From an uncultured Spirochaetia bacterium (GTDB lineage: Bacteria > Oederibacteriota > PGYV01 > Palsa-1178), in contig CAYUDX010000005.1 of the NCBI GenBank assembly GCA_964443355.1, forward strand, positions 31,468 through 95,467: a DNA stretch of 64,000 nucleotides, read 5' to 3'. Of the stretch, positions 59,469 to 64,000 are shown piece after piece. The notes under the pieces are model-generated. The model did no database searches and was not told the DNA's origin. It worked only from the letters and a program-made list of their open reading frames with translations. Every line of letters begins with the position of its first letter. The stretch's first letter is position 1. The translations under genes and the position numbers were made by a program.

Positions 59469-61872
59469 TTACCGCGTCTGAAGTGGGCGGGTTGGGTTTG
59501 TCCGCCTTGTAATCGCATTTCCTGCAGTATATTACCGTCCCTGTTTTTTTCCACTTTTCCAGTAGGAAATCCGCCCCGCATTTGGGGCATTTTTCCGGTA
59601 TGGGCTTGTCCCAAATCATGAATTTGCATTTCGGATAATTGGAGCACCCGTAAAATTTCCTGTAGCGCTTGAACGTACGCTCTATTATGTCGCCATCGCC
59701 GCAATCCGGGCATTTCACGCCGACTTTTTTTACTATCTGCCTTGTGTACCTGCATTCCGGGTAGCGCGAACAGGCTATAAAATCCCCGTACGGGCCGCGT
59801 TTTATTATGAGATCCGCGCCGCATGTCGGACATTTTTCGTCCAGCTTTACCTCTTCGCGGACGGTCCCGTCCTCGGCCAGCGGCTTTGCGTTCTTGCATT
59901 CGGGATATTTTTCGCAGGAAAGGAATTTCCCGTGCCTTCCCCATTTTATTATCATCTTGGCCCCGCATTTTTCGCATATCTGGCCGGTATCGCCCTCGAT
60001 GTCCTTTTTCATATCGAGCATGTAAGGTTCGGCCTCTTTTAACAGCACCTCGAATGTCGACCAGAACGTCCTCATGAGGTCGTGCCATTCGATCGTGCCT
60101 TCCTCGACCTTGTCTAGATCGGCCTCCATTTTTGCGGTAAATTCCTCATTAATTATTGTTGAAAACTGTTTGAGGAGTATTTTGGCCACAAGTGTGCCCA
60201 GTTCCGTCGGGGTGAATTTTCCCCTGTCCCTTATTATGTATTTCCTGGCGACGAGCGTGGATATGATGGGCGCATAGGTCGAAGGCCTTCCTATGTCCTT
60301 TTCCTCAAGCGCCTTCACCAGCGTCGCGTCGGAAAAAGCCGGAGGCGGCTGGGTAAAATGCTGCTCGGGCAAAAGCTCTTTTAACCCGAGCTTTTCGCCC
60401 TGGGTTACCTCGGGCAGGCGCCTATCCTCTGGTTTGTCCTCGTCGGGATTTGCGTTCAGGTTATCCGCCGGTTTTTCCGCGTCTGTTATTACCTCATATA
60501 CCTTAAGGAACCCGTCGAACCTCTGTATCGAGCCGTTGGCCTGGAAAGTATAAACTCCGGCCCCTATCTTGACGCGTGTGTCGTCGAATATGGCGGGCGA
60601 CATCTGTGAGGCCACGAACCTCTTCCATATTAATGAGTAAACCTTGAACTGGTCGTTATCAAGGCTTTCCTTGATATCATTGGGGTGCCTTACCACCGAC
60701 GATGGCCTGATGGCTTCGTGGGCGTCCTGGGCAGATTTTCTCGATTTATAGACATTGGGCGTTTCAGGGAGGTATTCCCTGCCGAGCGACGTTTCTATAT
60801 AAGCCAGCGCCTCTTTCTGCGCCTCGTCGGCAACGCGCAGCGAATCGGTCCTCATGTAGGTTATCAACCCGACCTGTCCCTCTCCGGCGATGTTGATTCC
60901 CTCGTAAAGCTGCTGGGCAATCATCATTGTTTTCTGCGCGGTGAACCTGTATTTGCGCGCGGAATCCTGCTGGAGCGTTGAGGTTATGAAAGGCGGGAGG
61001 GCCTTCCTGCGCCTTTCCTTTTTCACAACTTCGGATATTATATATTCGGAATTTTTCAGCTCCTCGACGATAGCCCTGCTGTCGGTCTCGTTTTTCAGGT
61101 CTATTTTCTCGCCATTCTTTTCGGTGAGTTTTGCGTCTATGGTCTGCTGCGTATTGTTCTCGAGTATCGCCCTTATCGACCAGTATTCGACCGGGTTAAA
61201 CGCGTCTATCTCGGCCTGCCTCTCTACTATGAGCTTCAGCGCCACGGACTGCACCCGTCCTGCCGACAATCCCTTCCTTATGGCTTTCCAAAGTAGCGGG
61301 CTTATCTTGTAACCGACGAGCCTGTCGAGCACCCTTCTTGCCTGCTGCGCGTTCACCAGGTTCATGTTTATATCGCGCGGCTCGGAGAGTGCCTTTAACA
61401 CGGCTGTCTTGGTTATCTCGTTGAACATGACCCTGAATATTTTCTTGTCGCCGAGCTTTTTCACCTCTTCGGCCACATGCCAGCATATCGCCTCTCCCTC
61501 GCGGTCCGGGTCGGTGGCCAGATATACCTCGTCGACGCCTTTGACGGCTTTTTTTATCTCGGAGAGTATCTTGCGCTTGTCCTTCAATACTATGTAATAA
61601 GGCTCGAAATTATGCTCGATGTCTATGCCGAGCTTTGATTTTGGAAGATCCTTCACATGCCCTTTCGTGGCCATGACGATATACTTGCCCTTGACGTATT
61701 TTTGGATCGTATGCACTTTTGTAGGCGACTCGACGAGGATTATCTTCCCGCCCTTGGGTTTTGCGGCTTTCTTCGCCCTTTTCGCCTTTTTCTTAACCGG
61801 TTCCGGGGGTGTTTCCGCCGGAACTTCCGGCGCCGGTGTCTGCTGCGGCGCCTGTATATCGTCTTCGGCCAA
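59461..61872 (-). CDS. topA: DNA topoisomerase I with C-terminal zinc-ribbon repeats
   Basis: 803 aa. TOPRIM domain (KILVESPTK), active-site region, four CxxC...CxxC zinc ribbons at the C-terminus. Confidence 0.95.
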   Translation of the reverse strand: MAEDDIQAPQQTPAPEVPAETPPEPVKKKAKRAKKAAKPKGGKIILVESPTKVHTIQKYVKGKYIVMATKGHVKDLPKSKLGIDIEHNFEPYYIVLKDKRKILSEIKKAVKGVDEVYLATDPDREGEAICWHVAEEVKKLGDKKIFRVMFNEITKTAVLKALSEPRDINMNLVNAQQARRVLDRLVGYKISPLLWKAIRKGLSAGRVQSVALKLIVERQAEIDAFNPVEYWSIRAILENNTQQTIDAKLTEKNGEKIDLKNETDSRAIVEELKNSEYIISEVVKKERRRKALPPFITSTLQQDSARKYRFTAQKTMMIAQQLYEGINIAGEGQVGLITYMRTDSLRVADEAQKEALAYIETSLGREYLPETPNVYKSRKSAQDAHEAIRPSSVVRHPNDIKESLDNDQFKVYSLIWKRFVASQMSPAIFDDTRVKIGAGVYTFQANGSIQRFDGFLKVYEVITDAEKPADNLNANPDEDKPEDRRLPEVTQGEKLGLKELLPEQHFTQPPPAFSDATLVKALEEKDIGRPSTYAPIISTLVARKYIIRDRGKFTPTELGTLVAKILLKQFSTIINEEFTAKMEADLDKVEEGTIEWHDLMRTFWSTFEVLLKEAEPYMLDMKKDIEGDTGQICEKCGAKMIIKWGRHGKFLSCEKYPECKNAKPLAEDGTVREEVKLDEKCPTCGADLIIKRGPYGDFIACSRYPECRYTRQIVKKVGVKCPDCGDGDIIERTFKRYRKFYGCSNYPKCKFMIWDKPIPEKCPKCGADFLLEKWKKTGTVIYCRKCDYKADKPNPPTSDAVNE

Positions 61873-61899
61873 TTGATACTCCTGTTTTTTTGCGCGTTA

Positions 61900-63095
61900 T
61901 CAGAGGGCCCTGATAAAACATTTGCCGCCCAGCTGTTTTATGGCGCCTTTTAATTCCATTAAAGTAAGCTTAGCTCCCAATTTGACAACCTCTATATTAC
62001 TTTCAATCGCTATATTGTCAATATGTTTTTTTTCAAAACCGATCACTTCGTATATTTTCCTCTCATCATCGTCCATTTCGGGCGGCGGCTTGACCGTCGC
62101 CTCCGGCCTCTGCGTTTTTACCCCTGTGACGTTAAAATCCTCTATGATGTCGTAAATGGACGTCACCGGTTTTGCCCCCTGCTTTATGAGCCAGTTGGTT
62201 CCCTCGGACCTGGGGGACAATATGGAGCCCGGCACGGCGTAAACATCCCTGCCCTGTTCAAGCGCACAGTCGGCCGTGATGAGGGCCCCGCTTTTCTCCC
62301 CGGCCTCGACCACGAGCAACGCATCCGAAATGCCGGAGATGACCCTGTTCCTCCTGGGAAAATTTTGCTTGAAAGGCGGCGTCTTCATCGGGAATTCTGA
62401 GAGCAGGACACCGGATGGCAATATCTTTCCCGCAGGGTAATTTTTATGGAACGGCCAGATGTAATCCAGCCCGAACCCCAGCACGGCCGTGGTAAATATG
62501 GACCTTGCCGAGGCCTCCACGTGTGCCAGAGTGTCGATGCCGCGTGCCATGCCCGAGACAATGTTGAACACCAAGCCCGACGACCTTGCCCCGTCGAGTA
62601 TTTTGTTCACAGCCTGCCAGCCGTAATCCGTCGACACCCTGGTACCGACTATGCCTAGGTTAAATGCCTCGGCCGGCCAGTTTTCCATCCCGCCCGCGGC
62701 ATAAAGCACTGTCGGGGGGTCGTATATTTTTTTTAGGTTCGCCGGATAGCGGTCGTCATTGACGGTAAATATCGTGACATTTTTTTTGCGGCGTTCTCGA
62801 GTTCCCCGTCGACGGAATAAAAATCGTCGAAATAAAGGATGGATCTCGATATTTCCGCGCCGATCCCCTCGACCGCCTTTAATTCCGCGGCCCCGGCCGA
62901 GAAAACATTTTCAGCCGACCCACAATAAGCGATGAGCCTTTTTATCCTTACGCTTCCCAGCCCCGGCACCATGTTCAAAGCTATCAATGCTGTACGCTCG
63001 TCCATGACGATCCCCCCATGATTATTACCGGGGATCGGCTGCCCGGAGCCTGTTATTTGCCTGACGAAAGACAATGATACTTTTTTAACAGTCAT
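61900..63095 (-). pseudogene. dprA: dprA (smf) split into two ORFs by a 1-nt frameshift in an A8 homopolymer
   Basis: ORF 62733..63095 encodes the DprA N-terminal SAM-like domain. ORF 61900..62709 encodes the Rossmann core (IVGTRVSTDYG). Hand-inserting one A into the run at 62775-62782 (minus strand AAAAAAAA) restores a continuous ...AKKNVTIFTVNDDRYPANLKKIYDPPTVLYAAGG..., the canonical YPxxLxxIxDPPxxLY linker. Confidence 0.8.
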
Positions 63096-63686
63096 ATGTC
63101 AAGTTTTTTTGCTTTTTATACCTTTATATATTATACTTTCATCATGGATAAAACTAAAAAATACGCGCGCGCCGTTCTTGCGGTCTTTTTCCTGTTTTTT
63201 ATCGCAGGAGCCTCGCAGCCTTCATATAATTCAAGGCTTGAAAAAAAGATATTTGAACTTGTAAACATACAGCGTCAGAACAACGGCCTGAAGCCGCTTA
63301 AAAGTTCGGTCAAACTCTCGCAGATAGCCAGGGAACACAGCGCAGACATGGCAAAACGCAATTATACCTCCCATATAACCCCGGAAGGCTTAAACCCAAC
63401 AGACAGGGCAAAAAAAGCTGGTTTCAAAACGGAAATAGTATATCCCGACAGGATAAGGAAAGGCGTGGGAGAGAACCTGGCAATGCACCAGGAGGGCATC
63501 GAGGAGAACGGGGTAAAAAGCTATTACCTAAAGGGAGTCGACGAGACGGCCAAAATACTTGTGGAAGGTTGGATGAACAGCCCCGGTCACAGGGAAAATA
63601 TTTTGAATCCGGATTACACGATGGTTGGGACCGGGGTGGCGGTCTCGTCGGATAAGAAGGTGCTGGCTACGCAGATGTTTTTCTAG
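63096..63686 (+). CDS. CAP/SCP/PR1-like secreted protein (YkwD family)
   Basis: GHRENILNPDYTMVGTGVA and REHSADMAKRNYTSH are CAP-domain signatures. Likely start at MDKTKKYARAVLAVFFLFFIAG (signal peptide), 16 codons downstream of the listed start. Confidence 0.7.
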   Translation: MSSFFAFYTFIYYTFIMDKTKKYARAVLAVFFLFFIAGASQPSYNSRLEKKIFELVNIQRQNNGLKPLKSSVKLSQIAREHSADMAKRNYTSHITPEGLNPTDRAKKAGFKTEIVYPDRIRKGVGENLAMHQEGIEENGVKSYYLKGVDETAKILVEGWMNSPGHRENILNPDYTMVGTGVAVSSDKKVLATQMFF

Positions 63687-64000
63687 ATCGTATCCGTGAA
63701 GTTTATCTCGATGTTCGCCCCTTCGGCTATGGGCGTCGTATAGCCCGCCTTTTCCCCGTTGACCTTGAGCTCGAGCATCTTCCCCTTTGCCCTCTGCATG
63801 TCCAGCGGATAAGTCTTGAATATCGAGGAAAGCATCAGCTTTTCGTCCTTAATCTTTGTCTCGATGGCCGCCCCGTTTATTATGAATTCCTCGTCCGAGA
63901 CCCTCCTGCCGTTCATGGTTATGTCGGGCGCGCCCTGCTCGATCTCAAATGGTTTGCCGTTTACCACGACGCTCAACCCCTTTTTCGGCGCTATCTTAAG
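63683..64000 (-). CDS. C-terminal fragment of a protein that starts beyond the window end
   Basis: The frame stays open upstream of the listed TTG through position 64000 (…LKIAPKKGLSVVVNGKPFEIEQG…). Two L.V.VNG-type repeats. Function not recognised. Confidence 0.35.
   Translation of the reverse strand, partial: LKIAPKKGLSVVVNGKPFEIEQGAPDITMNGRRVSDEEFIINGAAIETKIKDEKLMLSSIFKTYPLDMQRAKGKMLELKVNGEKAGYTTPIAEGANIEINFTDTI

Overview
This 64 kb window reads as a chromosomal segment from a moderately GC-rich bacterium that has a type IX secretion system (two proteins carry Por-type C-terminal sorting domains), probably in the FCB superphylum. Almost all genes are on the minus strand and tightly packed, and most have orthodox housekeeping identities. 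In order they are: a metK-ahcY pair with tRNA-Cys, an anaerobic ribonucleotide reductase locus (nrdD, a separate small glycyl-radical ORF, nrdG), a complete biotin operon (bioB-F-H-C-D-A) led by a PurM/HypE-like gene, an ECF transporter (S, fused A-A', T), miaB and rlmD, a TetR-controlled HlyD/ABC-2 efflux operon (ybhGFSR-like), a lipoate and glycine-cleavage supercluster (lpd, AKR, lipA, lplA, gcvPB/PA/H/T), tmRNA with smpB, and xerC-topA-dprA. The features worth a second look are: (1) an nrdD whose glycyl-radical domain is encoded as a separate 69-aa ORF with its own ribosome-binding site; (2) a family of GC-rich palindromic repeats in long non-coding regions (11.6-12.0 kb, 19.6-20.4 kb, 38.6 kb) that share a 17-nt core with the 3' flank of tmRNA; (3) a four-gene operon of uncharacterised secreted proteins next to tmRNA, plus T9SS cargo including a 1640-aa protein built on Thr-x-Thr repeats and a FadL/PorV-like barrel fused to TPR repeats; (4) dprA interrupted by a 1-nt shift in an A8 homopolymer; (5) a PurM-like gene translationally abutting bioB; (6) a perfect 30-bp AT-rich inverted repeat upstream of gcvT. 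I found no CRISPR array, no obvious prophage or IS element, and no canonical defence system.
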